From Eledone cirrhosa (Eukaryota), in contig OZ024744.1 in assembly GCA_964016885.1 (NCBI GenBank), positions 105,772,001 to 105,836,000 of the forward strand: 64,000 nucleotides of DNA. The letters are read 5' to 3'. The translations under genes were made by a program, and so were the position numbers. Of this stretch, positions 13,678 to 26,687 are shown piece by piece (within the stretch, counting starts at the first letter, position 1; the number at the start of each line of letters is the position of its first letter). A model generated the notes under the pieces. That model saw only the letters and a list, made by a program, of their open reading frames with translations, was not told the DNA's origin and did not search any database.

Positions 13678-13975
13678 AGACTCTCACAAGTCAGGATCAG
13701 ATCTGTTCACTGTTGACTCTCACAAACTGAGATGAGTTCTGTTGACTATTGACTCTCACAAGTCAGGATCAGATCTGTTGACTGTTGACTCTCACTAGTC
13801 AGGATCAGATCTGTTGACTGTTGATTCTCACAAGTCAGGATCAGTTCTGTTGACTCTCACAAGTCAGGATCAGTTCTGTTGGTTATTGACTCTCACAAGT
13901 CAGGATCAGATTTTTTGACTGTTGACTCTCACAACTGAGATCAGTTCTGTTGGTTGTTGATTCTCACTAACTGAG
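13678..13975. repeat. Diverged ~30-32-bp minisatellite (gactctcacaagtcaggatcag...)
   Basis: Visible periodicity. Confidence 0.85.
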
Positions 13976-14342
13976 ATACATTTTGTTGATGTTTTTTAGA
14001 AATTGGGAATCTATTCATAAATACCAAGATACTTATGGAAATTGATTCACAAAGATATGTAAAGTGTAATTAGACTCAAGAATATGCATTGTTTGTTTAC
14101 ATAACTTAAATAACATCTTCCTCATAGCCCTCATCACTGCTGTAATTGCTAGTGTTATTGTTCATACTGAAGTGGGTTGTACAGGTCTTCCTTTCCACAC
14201 ATTTACTTCTGCATACATGCCTTGATTTGTACTTCATGACCAACTGTTGTTGGGCTTGTTAACATATTATTTCGTAATTTGACTTGTATCCATTGTTGTC
14301 TGTCATAGATGTTTCATATGCCACTGTTTATAATATTTCTAG

Positions 14343-14457
14343 TCTAAAACTGTATCACAGTCAAGGAGAATGTGCTGAAATAATTCCATCCAGTGGAGAA
14401 TCTGATGAGGTTCTAGAAATAGTTGACCGTTTATCTGCTGTTACGTTAGGCTGTCAA
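14343..14457 (+). CDS. SIPA1L: SIPA1L exon (LKLYHSQGECAEII...EIVDRLSAVTLGCQ)
   Basis: ctAG / GTaagt; resembles SLKIFYERGEC...EIVKRL...GC; phase 2-0. Confidence 0.95.
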
Positions 14458-14794
14458 GTAAGTAGATTACACATTAAACTATTTCAAAGCCTATCCAGCC
14501 ATGACCATCCATTCTTTTTCAGAATATGGAGGACCACATCATATTATCTAATGTGTGCTGGCCATATTTAAGATAATAGGTTTTTATTTGAGGGAGATTT
14601 GGCTTCTATTTTTAGCATTCTTCTCTTTCTGTTGTGTGAGTGTATGTATTTGAGTGCCTCTGTGTGTGTTATTTAATCCATGATCAGCCATGGTTGAGTA
14701 GACCTATTATGAAAGACATTCCATATATAACCAACCTATCTGTTGAGACCAGCCTTAATTAAGCATACCTAAGATCAAACCTTAACTGTAACCA

Positions 14795-15110
14795 TGCATG
14801 GCTTAGTGGTTAAAGTGTTGGGCTTGCAATCATGAGGTTGTGAGTTTAATTCCCTGACCAGGTGATGCATTGTGTCCTTGAGCAAGTCACTTTATTTCAC
14901 GTCACTCCAGTTTACTCAGCTGTAGAAATAAGTTGTGACGTCACTTGCGCCAAGCTATATTGGTCTTTGCCTTTTCGTTAGACAATATCGGTGGTATGGA
15001 GAGGGGAGACTGGTATGTATGGGTGACTGCTGGTTTTCCACAAACAACCTTACCCTGTCTTGTGCCTCAAAGGAGGACTTTCATGGTACAAGTCCCATGG
15101 TCACTAATGA
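14795..15110 (+). mobile_element. tRNA-headed SINE (family A head with alternative body); related copy at 20586-20920
   Basis: catggcttagtggtt head, ccttgagcaag core, body shared with the 20586 copy. Confidence 0.75.
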
Positions 15111-15520
15111 AGGCGGCATATTTAAATTGTAAATACCTGACATTCAGTAATTATTTATATCCTCTCATAAATATTCTATTATTGCTTAAGAATATGTTTC
15201 ACCAATCAAATGGCGGAGTTCAATAGCCAATCAGTGGGCCATTAGTACAAGATTGATCGAACTATGAACTCACACCTCAAATACAAATCCGGTCCTGAAG
15301 AAAGCCACACATGGTTATAAACCACTACGTCTAAACATTGTCCCGTTAATGTTTGATATATTTGTGTATATGTTAATCCTTTTTTTTATTTTATAATAAA
15401 TGCTTGGATTTATTCCTTAGAATCTTTCTTAGAGCTTTCCTTGCAGGTGACATGGCGCTTGTCTGGAATTCTTTTCAGACATGACATCTTTATTCTTATT
15501 AGATATATATATATATATAT

Positions 15521-16218
15521 AAAGAAAATTTAGCTCTACATGGCTGAATACAATAAATATAATTTGAGTTTTTCGAATATTAATAATAACATTCAATTCG
15601 TTTGCAATTATGTAAACAAGCCAGAAACATTAGTGTCTGCAGTTCTGTTCGCATGCCAACACAAGAGCAAGAATGAAGTGTTCATTCTACTGACATGGCT
15701 ATAAAATTGAGGCTTGTTTGCATAATTGCAAACGAATCGAATGTTATTATTAATATTCGAAAAACTCAGATTACATTTATTGTATTCAGCCCTGTAGAGC
15801 TAAATTTTCTTTTTTATTTGAATTTGGTAAAGCTGGCCATTGATCGCTCGTATACAGGAAACTGACTGGCCAGTCTGCTGATATGCAAATCTGGCTGATC
15901 AGTGGATCTGCTAATATGCAGATCTGACTGATCAGCCAGTCTGCTAATATGCAAATCAAGCCGATCAGTCACTCTGTATTTTTGAAAATAGCATATATTT
16001 TCACTAGCTCTGACAGTTTGGCAGGTGAACAGTGAACTGTACTGATGAAGGGTGATACCCAGAAACATTAGTGTCTGCAGTTCTGTTCACATGCCAACAC
16101 AAGAGCAAGAATGAAGGGTTCATTCTACTGACATGGCTATAAAATTGAGGCTTGTTTGCATAATTGCAAACGAATCGAATGTTATTATTAATATTCAAAA
16201 AACTGAGATTACATTTAT
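15521..16218 (+). mobile_element. Penelope-like pLTR unit: inverted tail, truncated copy, then tandem copy bearing a hammerhead; flanked by (TA)n
   Basis: 15521-15622 is inverted against ~15711-15812; 15622-15780 is repeated directly at 16060-16218. Confidence 0.75.
16018..16097 (+). ncRNA. Type I hammerhead ribozyme, GUC cleavage triplet (site after 16075)
   Basis: Long stem I (ttggca-gtgaaca-gaactgta / tgcagttc-tgttcac-tgccaa), CTGATGA 16042-16048, stem II gggt/accc, GAAA 16062-16065, stem III aca/tgt, GTC 16073-16075. Confidence 0.8.
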
Positions 16219-16539
16219 ATATATATATAAGACCCGTCCCACCCTTGCAAGCAGGGAAAAGCGGACGTAAAATGATGATGATGATGATGATATATATATC
16301 AAAATGAAGTAACGGAGTCAGAAAATCGTGTTAGTCCCTGTAATTCATGAGCTCAAAGGAAAAAGAATCCTGGGCTCTTCTAATATAAAATAGAGAAGAA
16401 AACTCACAAGAGAGAGAGAGAGAGTGTGTTTATTAGGTTAGAGGGGATACCCTTTCCTCACCTTTCTTAGTTTATAAGTTCCATACGCTAGTGGTATCCC
16501 CTGTAACCTGATAAACACACACTCTCTCTCATGTGCTTT

Positions 16540-16621
<82 letters not shown>

Positions 16622-16796
16622 TATCATCATCGTTAACTTTGGTTGACTTTGCCTTTCATCCATACGGGGTCGATAAAATAAAGTACCAGTAATGCACTGG
16701 GTAATTGCTGGCCTTGTGCCTAAAGTAGAAACAATTATCATCATCGTTAAATGATGTTGATGATGATGATGATGATGATGACATATTATTTTCCAG

Positions 16797-17047
16797 ACAC
16801 AAGAAATGACACTGAAGCGGAATGGTCTGGGACAGCTTGGTTTTCACATACAGGCTGAAGGAATTGTCACTGATGTTGAACATTATGGTTTTGCTTGGGA
16901 TGCTGGAATCAGGAAAGGAACGAGACTAGTTGAAATATGTAAAATAGCTACAATAACGATGACACATGAGCAAATAGTAGATTTACTGCGCACATCATCA
17001 ACAGTTAAAGTGGTAGCCATACCACCAGATGCAAATGGTAATCCAAG
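16797..17047 (+). CDS. SIPA1L: SIPA1L PDZ-domain exon ([18 protein letters not shown]...[22 protein letters not shown])
   Basis: ttccAG / GTaata; close match to recalled SIPA1L PDZ; phase 0-2. Confidence 0.98.
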
Positions 17048-17117
17048 GTAATAAACCTTTATTATTATTATCTTTATTAATTATATGTTAGAAAAATAAT
17101 GATGATAATGATAATAA

Positions 17118-17385
17118 TAATTGTTTCTACTTTTGGCACAAGGCCAGCAATTATTCCAGTGTATTACTGGTACTTTATTTTATCGACCCCGTAAGGATGA
17201 AAGGCACAGTTTACCTTGGCGGGATTTGAACTCGGACCATAAAAGTTACGTCCCTTTATGGTCTGAGTTCAAATCCCGCCGAGGTTAACTTTGCCTTTCA
17301 TCCTTACGGGGTCGATAAAATAAAGTACCAGTAACGCACTGAGATAATTGCCGGCCTTGTGCCTATATAAGAAACCATTATTATT
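17118..17385. mobile_element. Head-to-head inverted pair of SINE family B fragments
   Basis: - copy ~17118-17240 and + copy ~17244-17385 of the tctgagttcaaatcccgccgagg...gataaaataaagtaccagt family. Confidence 0.8.
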
Positions 17386-17937
17386 AAGTTTTTCCTTTCC
17401 CTTCAGTTTTGTTTCCATTTCTTGCCGAGTGTCTTCTTCCTGACCCCCAAGGCAGAGAAACTCACTACATACACCACCCACCCCAATAAACACACCAGGC
17501 TGTTCACATCACACACTTTACACAGTTACAAGTATATCATTAGCTTTATACATACATTATCTGATTAAAGTTATATTTACAACAGAATGATATTCAATCT
17601 TATAAGAGAACTCAATTATTTACAACTAATTATGGAATATAATCTAAGTTATGTAAAATAACTTACAAAGATGATTATCTTTCTCTCAGTGATAGGCTTC
17701 TTCTCAATATCTGTACTCTACCAATTAAAACAATGTCTTCTACTTCTTGCAGTGATAGTAAGCCAGGGGTTATTATTATTGTTATTGTTATTATTATTAT
17801 TATTGGAGGATGACAGAATCGGTAGAGTGCTGGACAAAATACCTTGTGTTATTTGTTTGCATCTGTTTACATTATTTGTTCAGTTCTTGGCAAGAGAGAT
17901 TTTAGCTTCCATCATTTGAAGGTAGATAAAATATATA

Positions 17938-18290
17938 TCAATCCCACTATCCCCTAAAATAAACACCAATCCCACTGTCCCCTAAAATAAATACCAATTC
18001 CACTGTCCCCTAAAATATATACCAATCCCACTGTCCCCTAAAATAAACACCAATACCACTGTCCCCTAAAATAAACACCAATCCCACTATCCCCTAAAAT
18101 ATATACCAATCCCACTGTCCCCTAAAATAAATACCAATCCCGCTGTCCCTTAAAATAATCAAGTCTTGCTGTCCCCTAAATTAAGCACCAATCTCACTAT
18201 CTTTTAGACTAATCAATGATCCCACTCTCCCCTAAAATAAGCAACAACCGCACTGCCCCTTAAAATAAACACCAGAATTACTGTTCTCCC
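17938..18290. repeat. ~28-bp minisatellite (accaatcccactgtcccctaaaataaac)
   Basis: Visible periodicity. Confidence 0.85.
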
Positions 18291-18443
18291 CACCAAAATT
18301 GTTGGCATTGTGCCTAAATCAAAAACCCTTATTATTATTATCCCGCCGAGGTTAACTTTGCCTTTTATCCTTACAAAGTCGATAAAATAAAGTACCAGTA
18401 ATGTACTGGAGTAATTGCTGGCCTTGTGCCAAAAGTAGAAACA

Positions 18444-18503
<60 letters not shown>

Positions 18504-18737
18504 GATAAGGTGATGGATGGCAGTATTGGTAGAGGATTGGACGCCATGTTCTGCAGCATAGAGTTATTGCCCTTCATGATCTGATTTCAAATCCTGCTGA
18601 GGTTAACTTTGCCTTTCATCCTTACAGGGGAGATAAATTAAAGTACCAGTAATGTACTGGGATAATTGCTGGCCTTGTGCCAAAAGTAGAAATAATAATT
18701 ATTGATGGTATCGTAGAGAAATCTTGAGTCATATTTT

Positions 18738-19281
18738 AGAAGCTGAAGAGGAAGGGATAACTAATGGTCAACAGTTGTTTGGGATTCTTTCTAGAAGCTG
18801 AAGAGGAAGGGATAACCAGTGGTCAACAATTGTTTGGGATTCTTTCTAGAAGCTGAAGAGGAAGGGATAACTCATGGTCAACAGTCGTTTGGGATTCTTT
18901 CTAGAAGCTGAAGAGGAAGGGATAACCAGTGGTCAGCAGTCGTTTGGGATTCTTTCTAGAAGCTGAAGAGGAAGGGATAACTAATGGTCAACAGTCGTTT
19001 GGGATTCTTTCTAGAAGCTGAAGAGGAAGGGATAACTAATGGTCAACAGTTGTTTGGGATTCTTTCTAGAAGCTGAAGAGGAAGGGATAACTAGTGGTCA
19101 ACAGTCGTTTGGGATTCGTTCTAGAAGCTGAAGAGGAAGGGATAACTAGTGGTCAGCAGTTGTTTGGGATTCTTTCTAGAAGCTGAAGAGGAAGGGATAA
19201 CCAGTGGTCAGCAGTCGTTTGGGATTCTTTCTAGAAGCTGAAGAGGAAGGGATAACCAGTGGTCAGCAGTCGTTTGGGATC
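18738..19281. repeat. 55-bp minisatellite, ~10 copies
   Basis: agaagctgaagaggaagggataac recurs at 55-nt spacing. Confidence 0.95.
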
Positions 19282-20027
19282 CTTCCAACAACTCCATGTT
19301 AAAGTGTCTTCCTTATGATCCGTCAGCCTCCTAATAATATCGTTTTCTTTAATAGATTTCTTGGAACTTTGATCCCAATCTTCTCCAAACATGATTCTTC
19401 AAAGAGCCCCTACCACTACCACCACCACACCACTACAACTACTACTACCACCACCACACCACTACAACAACCACCACCACTACTACCACCACCACACCGC
19501 TACAACTACTACCACCACTACCACCACCACATCACTACAACTATCACCACCACCATTACAACTACTACCACCACCACCACCACACCACTACAACCACTAA
19601 CACCACCACCACATCACTACAACTATCACCACCACCACCACCATTACAACTACTACCACCACCACCACACCACTACAACTACTACTAACACCACCGCACC
19701 ACTACAGCTACTACTAACACCACCAGCACCACCACCACAGCACTACAACCACCATCCACCATAACCATCTACTACTATCCCTCTACATTTCTTATATATA
19801 CATATATATGTATATATACACATACACACACATATATATATAGTTTGAGATGTATTTAACATTTCATGATAAAATGTTCATTTTTTACTGAATGAATTAA
19901 GTTTTATTTTTGTTTTTATCTGTCAATATATTTTTTAAATTACATTTTAAGGTCCTAAAATTCAATTTTTATGATAATCTTATTTCTTGTTTGTATTTAT
20001 TTTTCTCTTACAATACCAATTGTTTAG

Positions 20028-20090
20028 GGGGTTCCCAAACCTCAGAAGTTTCCAATTTCTGGTCAGCGCAGTTTACCTAAAATATACCAG
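20028..20090 (+). CDS. Candidate 63-bp frame-preserving cassette exon of SIPA1L
   Basis: Strong pyrimidine tract plus tttAG; weak AG/GTttct donor; open in the required phase (RGFPNLRSFQFLVSAVYLKYT). Confidence 0.35.
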
Positions 20091-21139
20091 GTTTCTCTTT
20101 TCATTATTTGGTACTCCATCCAGTATTCTTCTTTATACTTTGCTCTAGAAAAGATTATTTGCCAATGCATAAATAATTTGCTAGGTATTTTCTTTAATCT
20201 TCATTTGAAAATGACTGTGCTGTCATGATGTTGTTTCTTTAAAATTATACAATATATAGAAAATATATATTTCTGCTTCCATTTTCGTCTTATTTTCATA
20301 TAAATAGCTTTTAACCCTTTAGCATTTACATTACTCTATATATACTATTGTATTTTTACAGTTAAGGCTTTATCTCACATAATTTCAAATCTATGAGATT
20401 TTGATATCATTTATTTTGAGAACAATACCTTAACATCAGTATGAGTGGCTGGTGACAGCTGGTTAGAACAGAAAGGGGTGAGAGAATTCTGGCTGGATAT
20501 GGCCGGTTTAAATGCTAAAGGGTTAATTCTAAGACTGGTTTCCCCAAAAGAAGAAAAAAAAATGTGTATTTTTTGTTTTCATATGTGAAGGCACATAGCT
20601 TAGTGGTTAGAGCATTGTGATTGCAATTGGAAGGTTGTGAGTTTGATTCTTGGACTGGGCTTTGTGTTGTGTTCTTGGACAAGACACTTTATTTCACGTT
20701 GCTCCAGTTCACTCAGTTATTGAAATGTATTGTGATGTTACTGGTGCCAAGCTGTATCAACCATTGCCTTTCTCTTGGTCAACATCAGTGGCATGGAGAG
20801 GGGAGACTGGTATACATGGGAGACTACTGGTCTTCCACAAACAACCTTGCTCGGATTTGTGCCTCAGAGGGGAACTTTCTAGGTACAAATCTCAAGGTCA
20901 TTAGTGAGCGAAGGGGGTCTTTACTTTTACCATATGTGGTTGCATCAAATATTAATGAGACATTTATTCAAGTATGAGGGTAATAAAGGTAAATTTATCC
21001 AGGTTCATTTCTAGAAGATATATGTGTGTGTATATATATATATATATATGCAAAAGGCAAACAGAAATAACAAAGCAAACAACACAGTACAATGAAGAAA
21101 TATATTATTAGTTTTACACTTGATATAGTAGGAAAAGAG

Positions 21140-21175
21140 TCTTAATGTTTCAGACGCTAGTCCTTCATCAGAAAA
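21140..21175 (-). ncRNA. Minimal hammerhead-like motif in a TA-flanked PLE-like tail
   Basis: Reverse complement tttt-CTGATGA-aggac tagc gtct-GAAAC-ATT-aaga. Confidence 0.5.
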
Positions 21176-21839
21176 TTGATCGAGAAATTAAAGAAGAAAT
21201 AGAAATATATATATATATCATCATTATCATTATCATCATTTAACATCTATTTTCCACACTTGCATGGGTTGTCATATTATGAGACAAGTCATGTCTGGAG
21301 ACTATGTCTTGCTCATATGAATCTGTATTTTGGCTTGGTTTCTACCGCTCGATGCCCTTCCAAACACTCTCCTCCTTACACCATATACTGGGTGCTTTAA
21401 ATTGTGGTACCAGAATGACCACATAACAAAATGGATTGGGTGCTTTTTATCATGTCACCAGCGCAACCACCTACATGGTGGACTGGTTGCTTTTTCTTCG
21501 TGGCATTAGCTCTATCACCATACATGGTGTACTGGATGCCCTTTGTCATGGCAGTATCACTGTAGAAGAGCAGGTGTGGAGCGTGTCCAGTTTTCCATGC
21601 ATGGGTTTGACAGTTGTGTGGTGGAGTACATCCTCATCATCATTAAACATCTATTTCCTTCACCCTCCTGCATAGATAGGTTGTCATGCTTCGAGACTTA
21701 AGCTTGTCAGACCATGCCCAGTCCATACATGCCACATACTGAAATTAGACATATCAGATGACCATTTCTTGCTCATACATTCCATTTTGGCATCGTTTCT
21801 ATGGCTGGATGCCCTTCCTAATGTCAACTATTTTACAGA

Positions 21840-22190
21840 ATCTACCACTTTACAGTGTGCATTCAGTGCATTTTATCATAGCACCTGCACTACCACTTTA
21901 CAGTATATAGTGGGTGCATTTTATCATAGCACCAGCACTACCACTTTACAGCATATAATGGGTGCATTTTATTATAGCACCAGCACTACCACTTTACAGA
22001 GTGTACTGGGTGTATTTTATCATGACACCAACACTACCACTTTACAGAGTGTACTGGGTGTATTTTATTGTGACAACACCACTACCACTTTACAGAGTAT
22101 ACTGGGTGTATTTTATTGTAGTACCACTACTACCACTTTACAGTATGCAGTGGGTACATTTTATCATAGCACCACCACTACCACTTTACA
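21840..22190. repeat. 39-bp minisatellite (accactttacag...gggtgcattttat)
   Basis: 13-aa repeat ORFs; direct periodicity. Confidence 0.85.
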
Positions 22191-22199
22191 GACTGGTCC

Positions 22200-22640
22200 A
22201 GATGCATAGGCTCCATGTTCTTTGAGTGAGCTGCACATCTTTATGCAGTTGTCATCTGCTAAACACATCACATGTCTATACCAGCACAATCTCCTCTCTT
22301 GTATATTCCATCTGATCCATCTTAAGTCCAGTTTTTCTCTCAGTTTGTTAATGATGTAATTCATGTATTCTTCTATTACCCAACAATCAGAACATAGATC
22401 TTCTGCAGTGGAGGCCTATATCTCACTTTCATGTAGCATTGCAAGTTCACACACAATCATCATACAATCTGCCTCTCATTCTGAAGGAGAAACCTTATGC
22501 AGCTCGTCAGGGTGGTAGTTCTCTGAACTTTTTCCACCCAGTTCTTACTCTAGGTACTGTAGTTTCAGAACACCCACCTCCACTACTAATTATGTCACCT
22601 AGGTATCAGAAGCTAACAACTATTTTGCTGTGCTGTCATA
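22200..22640 (-). mobile_element. Degenerate RTE-type LINE 3' fragment
   Basis: RRLCWYRHV (R.RW.GHV-like) and YLGD-like remnants on - strand. Confidence 0.6.
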
Positions 22641-23734
22641 AGTTAGATGGGTTTTCAAATACTGTTCTGGATCCCTTTCTGTGAATTCCCATATTCTCAG
22701 AATGTGCCCTGTCTCAGATTCATGATGCTCATGTGGCTTCTATGGATAAAGTGCGATTCCTCATGGTGCCTATAGATATAAGTGGACATTATGTTGGTCA
22801 TGGTTATAGGACAGTACTAATGTCAACTTAAAAACTATTCAGTTTGGTAACCTAACCCATTATTGGTTCAGCCAACTTCTGTTCTGTTAAACCTGTTATA
22901 ATATCACACAAAATCTATTGATAGTTGTCTATATTTTATGGTTTAACAAAATAAACTTACATTTTTTATTACTTGTTATGAATATATTTTCACCAAGAAT
23001 TTTCCTAAATTCTGATTTAAAAAATAAGTGCCAAAAATGCTACTCCATTTTATACAGCTGATCAGCTAATAGCTAATTTGCAATGCTTGTAATAAAGGTT
23101 GTCCAAATGTATTTGAAAGCTTTCTTCTGCAGCTGTCTACAAACATACTTTTCTTATCTTTCCTTTTTTTGCTTTATTTATTCATTTAAATTTCACTTGA
23201 GAGAAATATATTTATATTTATCCCAATAAAATGTTCAAAGGAGACAATAAATTATTTCTGCTCATTTTTAGGGAGTGTTTTTTATGGTTAGAATTAAGTT
23301 GCAATATATTTTTTAATTGTCAATTGCTATTTTCTTGCACTTAATAAAAATGATTTTATTTTTATAAATAGTATAATCTTTCAAGTTTTCTGAGAAAATG
23401 TTTCCATTTTTCAGAAGTTTTTAAACATAATGATGTTGCCATTATAGCTGCTAAAATGGATATACCATATTTACATGAATATAATTACCCCTTCCTATTT
23501 TATATCTGAGAAATAGACAAAAATCCAAACCCTGTTTATAAGCCAAGGTAGGTAATCAACACATTATGTTTAGATGGCTTGGGTTTGAAATTCTCATGAG
23601 TGGAGATCTGTTTGTGAAGTTTTAAAGTGTGATTTAGAGTATAGTTTCACAACTCCATTATGTAATGATTATTTCTGACTGTTTTGAAGACTATATTCAT
23701 TTGAAACATCAATAGCAACAGGAAATATGAATTT

Positions 23735-24243
23735 CACCTCCAAAGTGAAACCGGTGTAATATTCCCCTCCAAAGTGAAACTGGTGTAATATTCCCCTCCA
23801 AAGTGAATCTCGTGTAATATTCACCTCTAAAGTGAAACAGGTGTAACATTCACTTCCAAAGTGAAACCGGTGTAATATTCACCTCCAAAGTGAAACAGGT
23901 GCAATATTCCCCTCCAAAGTGAAACCGGTGTAATATTCACCTCCAAAGTGAAACCGGTGTAATAGTATCCTCCAAAGTGAAACCGGTGTAATAGTACCCT
24001 CCAAAGTGAAACCGGTGTAATAGTACCCTCCAAAGTGAAACAGGTGTAATAGTACCCTCCAAAGTGAAACAGGTGTAATATTACCCTCCAAAGTGAAACC
24101 GGTGTAATATTACCTTCCAAAGTGAAACCGGTGTAATATTACCCTCCAAAGTGAAACCGGTGTAATATTACCCTCCAAAGTGAAACAGTGTAATATTACC
24201 CTCCAAAGTGAAACCGGTGTAATATTACCCTCCAAAGTGAAAC
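23735..24243. repeat. 26-bp minisatellite (ctccaaagtgaaaccggtgtaatatt...)
   Basis: Direct periodicity. Confidence 0.93.
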
Positions 24244-24864
24244 TTATGCTGTCTTAGCTCTCCAGGCCTAAAACAATGGGACCACTATGTATGGAATATA
24301 GTCGAGCTCTTCTTTCATGACTTATGTCTTTTACTAAATTCATGCAAATGTTCTCAAGCAACTGAGCAGCCCTACTCACACACACACACACACCCTCACT
24401 AGTCGAAAGTATGTGAAGTATTGTCTCTTCCTTTAGAATATCTTGATCATAATCTAGTTTTATAACTTTACATTAACAACTTATATTTTCAGAATGTTGA
24501 CTATAAAAAAATGTTTTATTTTTTTATTATTTAAAGAAAGATGAAGACTAAAAAACAAGATTATTGCAAGATTTTCCTTTTTTTTTTTTCTTTCTTTTCT
24601 GTAAATAACATTGTAAAAGGCGTTTCTGAAAAAGGTGAATCAATTCCAAATGTGAATAGAAAACTTTCTTACTATTGATCTCCAGTGTTGACAATTATTT
24701 CCTTTATCAGATCTTGCAATAACTCTTCTTTTAATACCAATAATTGAACAATTCTATAGTGATTTTATATGTTTCTAGAATAATCAATTAGATGCGATTG
24801 ATTTTTGTATTAAATTTATTTTCCCTGTGCAGTAAATAGTATAAACTATTGTTATATTTCCTAG

Positions 24865-25079
24865 GTCAGATATTAAGTCTTCGCCTAGTGAGATAAGAAC
24901 AGCTGAGAAGTGTGAAACAAATAATCAAGAAATAGCTACAGAGATGACATCATCTGTAAAAATCACTGACAATAAGGAAAATCGTTGGTCTAAAGACAGT
25001 TTAGAACATAACCAACATTTAAAAGATGGAGTCCATTCTCGAAGCAGTTCCCAAGATAGCGGTGACCGGTCTCTTTCAG
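24865..25079 (+). CDS. SIPA1L: SIPA1L Ser-rich region exon (SDIKSSPSEIR...HSRSSSQDSGDRSLS)
   Basis: cctAG / GTaaac; open frame, phase 2-1, compatible with neighbours. Confidence 0.85.
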
Positions 25080-25198
25080 GTAAACAGATGAAACTCTCTT
25101 ATTCTTCTAATCTGATGTTGTAATTGACAAACTAAATACCTTCTGCAATTTCTTTTGACTCTTTACATTCTGAGTTCAAATCCCACCAAAGTCAACTG

Positions 25199-25366
25199 TG
25201 AAGGCGCATGGCTTAGTGGTTAGAGCATTGGGCTTGCAATCGAAAGGTTGTGAGTTCAATTCTCGGACCGGGTGATGTGTTGTTTCCTTGAGCAAGACAC
25301 TTTATTTCATGTTGCCCCAGTTTATTCAGCTGTAGAAATGAGATGATAGGGACTGGGGTCCCTATC
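25199..25366 (+). mobile_element. SINE family A 5' part
   Basis: gaaggcgcatggcttagtggttagagc...gagttcaattc; reverse complement of the 7880-8042 region. Confidence 0.85.
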
Positions 25367-26269
25367 ATTAAAAAAATCACCCAAGACACCTCCAACGAGA
25401 TATACCTTGGAGGAGGCCAGCTAAACCTGCATAGGTATGAGCTGTAACAACAACAAAAAAACAACAAAAGTCAACTTTGCCTTTCATCCTTCCATTGTTG
25501 ATACAATTAACTTTAACCCTCCTTCCAAATGTGAGGTCTTCTGCCTACATAAAGAATTATTACTAATAATAATAAAATGTAATAGCAGAAATCAAAAGTT
25601 GCAAGGGAGGATGGAGAAAGGGTAGGAAAGGACTTGTAGCTACAGGAGAATTAGTACGTGTTGATGATGTTGCAGTTTGGTAACGAGATAGTAGTTAATC
25701 ACTTAACCCTTTCATTACCATATTTCTAATGAAAGACCTGGCTTATGATTTTTAAATAATTTTGAAAATAATCAAGAATTTGGAAGGATTTAGTAATATG
25801 AATAACATTCTCATTATTAAGTTGGTATTTGGAACATAACTTAACAAAGGTTCTTTCAGAAAACTATGTTGCAAAGATTTTAAAAGTCTTTAAAATAACT
25901 TTACATCATAGAATGAGGGGTGGTTTCAGGTGGGTTGGTGTTAAAAGGGTTAAACCCAACATTGTCAGATAATAGAATCTTAATAAATTCTATAGTTCTA
26001 CTGCATCCAATATTAAGGTGTACTTCTAAAACAAAGTTAAGTATGTCAACAACACAGTCTTTCAGAGGTGTTGACTTCTGAACAGTTGGCACCACAGACA
26101 GGGATAAAGACATTCTAATTATTTAAACATCTGCAAGTTTTACATTTCTTTTTACTGAAACTGAATTACAAATATAATGTAATAATAGCAATTAGGTTAA
26201 ATGGGTTCCTCTGAAGGGTTTTGGAGTAACATTACTCAATAAAGTACGTAGCATTGAGATCAGAGAGTC

Positions 26270-26545
26270 ACTCCAGGTAGAGTCGCTACTTTCTCCAAAT
26301 TGAGAGATCACAGGTCTGATACTATGGACATGGGGTTAGAATGTCTCAGGAAAGAATTGCTGGACAGATTTTATGGGCAAAAGCAAAACCAATCAGTAGG
26401 AGACCCAGGGGTAGATTCTGAGCAAGATGGTTGGATAACATCCATAAGCTTGGCAGGTCACCCTTAGGGATCCAGTCGGATCAGTGGAGATGGTTGCTTC
26501 TGACAGGACCTCCTATAAAGAGTGTTTGAGGTCAGGAGTAAGTGG
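26270..26545 (+). mobile_element. Degenerate RTE-like LINE 3' fragment
   Basis: IERSQ..YYGH..RMSQER remnant. Confidence 0.5.
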
Positions 26546-26640
26546 GTGAAACAGAAGTCGTATCACTACTTTTAAAGTTAGAAATGTAGCTAAATAGTAT
26601 TTGTTACCTGAAACATGTTAACTTTCTTCTATAATTCCAG

Positions 26641-26687
26641 GTAGCAAAGAAAAATCAAACAGTACAAACCAAAGATCTCATATGCAA
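26641..26687 (+). CDS. SIPA1L: SIPA1L small exon (GSKEKSNSTNQRSHMQ)
   Basis: ttccAG / GTatgt; phase 1-0 bridges the 25079 and 29840 exons. Confidence 0.8.

Noticed and set aside
14402-14430. CTGATGA...GAAA inside an exon
   Set aside because: No stem I or II; explained by the codons for SDEVLEI
15190-15502. CCAAT boxes plus CTGAAGA...taaacattgtc as a hammerhead in a PLE-like tail
   Set aside because: GAAA reads TAAA and stem I does not pair; possibly a decayed copy but not callable
18738-19281. CTGAAGA in each 55-bp unit as a tandem hammerhead satellite
   Set aside because: No GAAA, stem II or stem III follows the motif
23415-23547. Exon-like segment with tcAG acceptor and AG/GTaggt donor
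   Set aside because: Stop codons in the phase required by the upstream exon, and an in-frame TGA in the best frame; at most a poison exon, unsupported without RNA data
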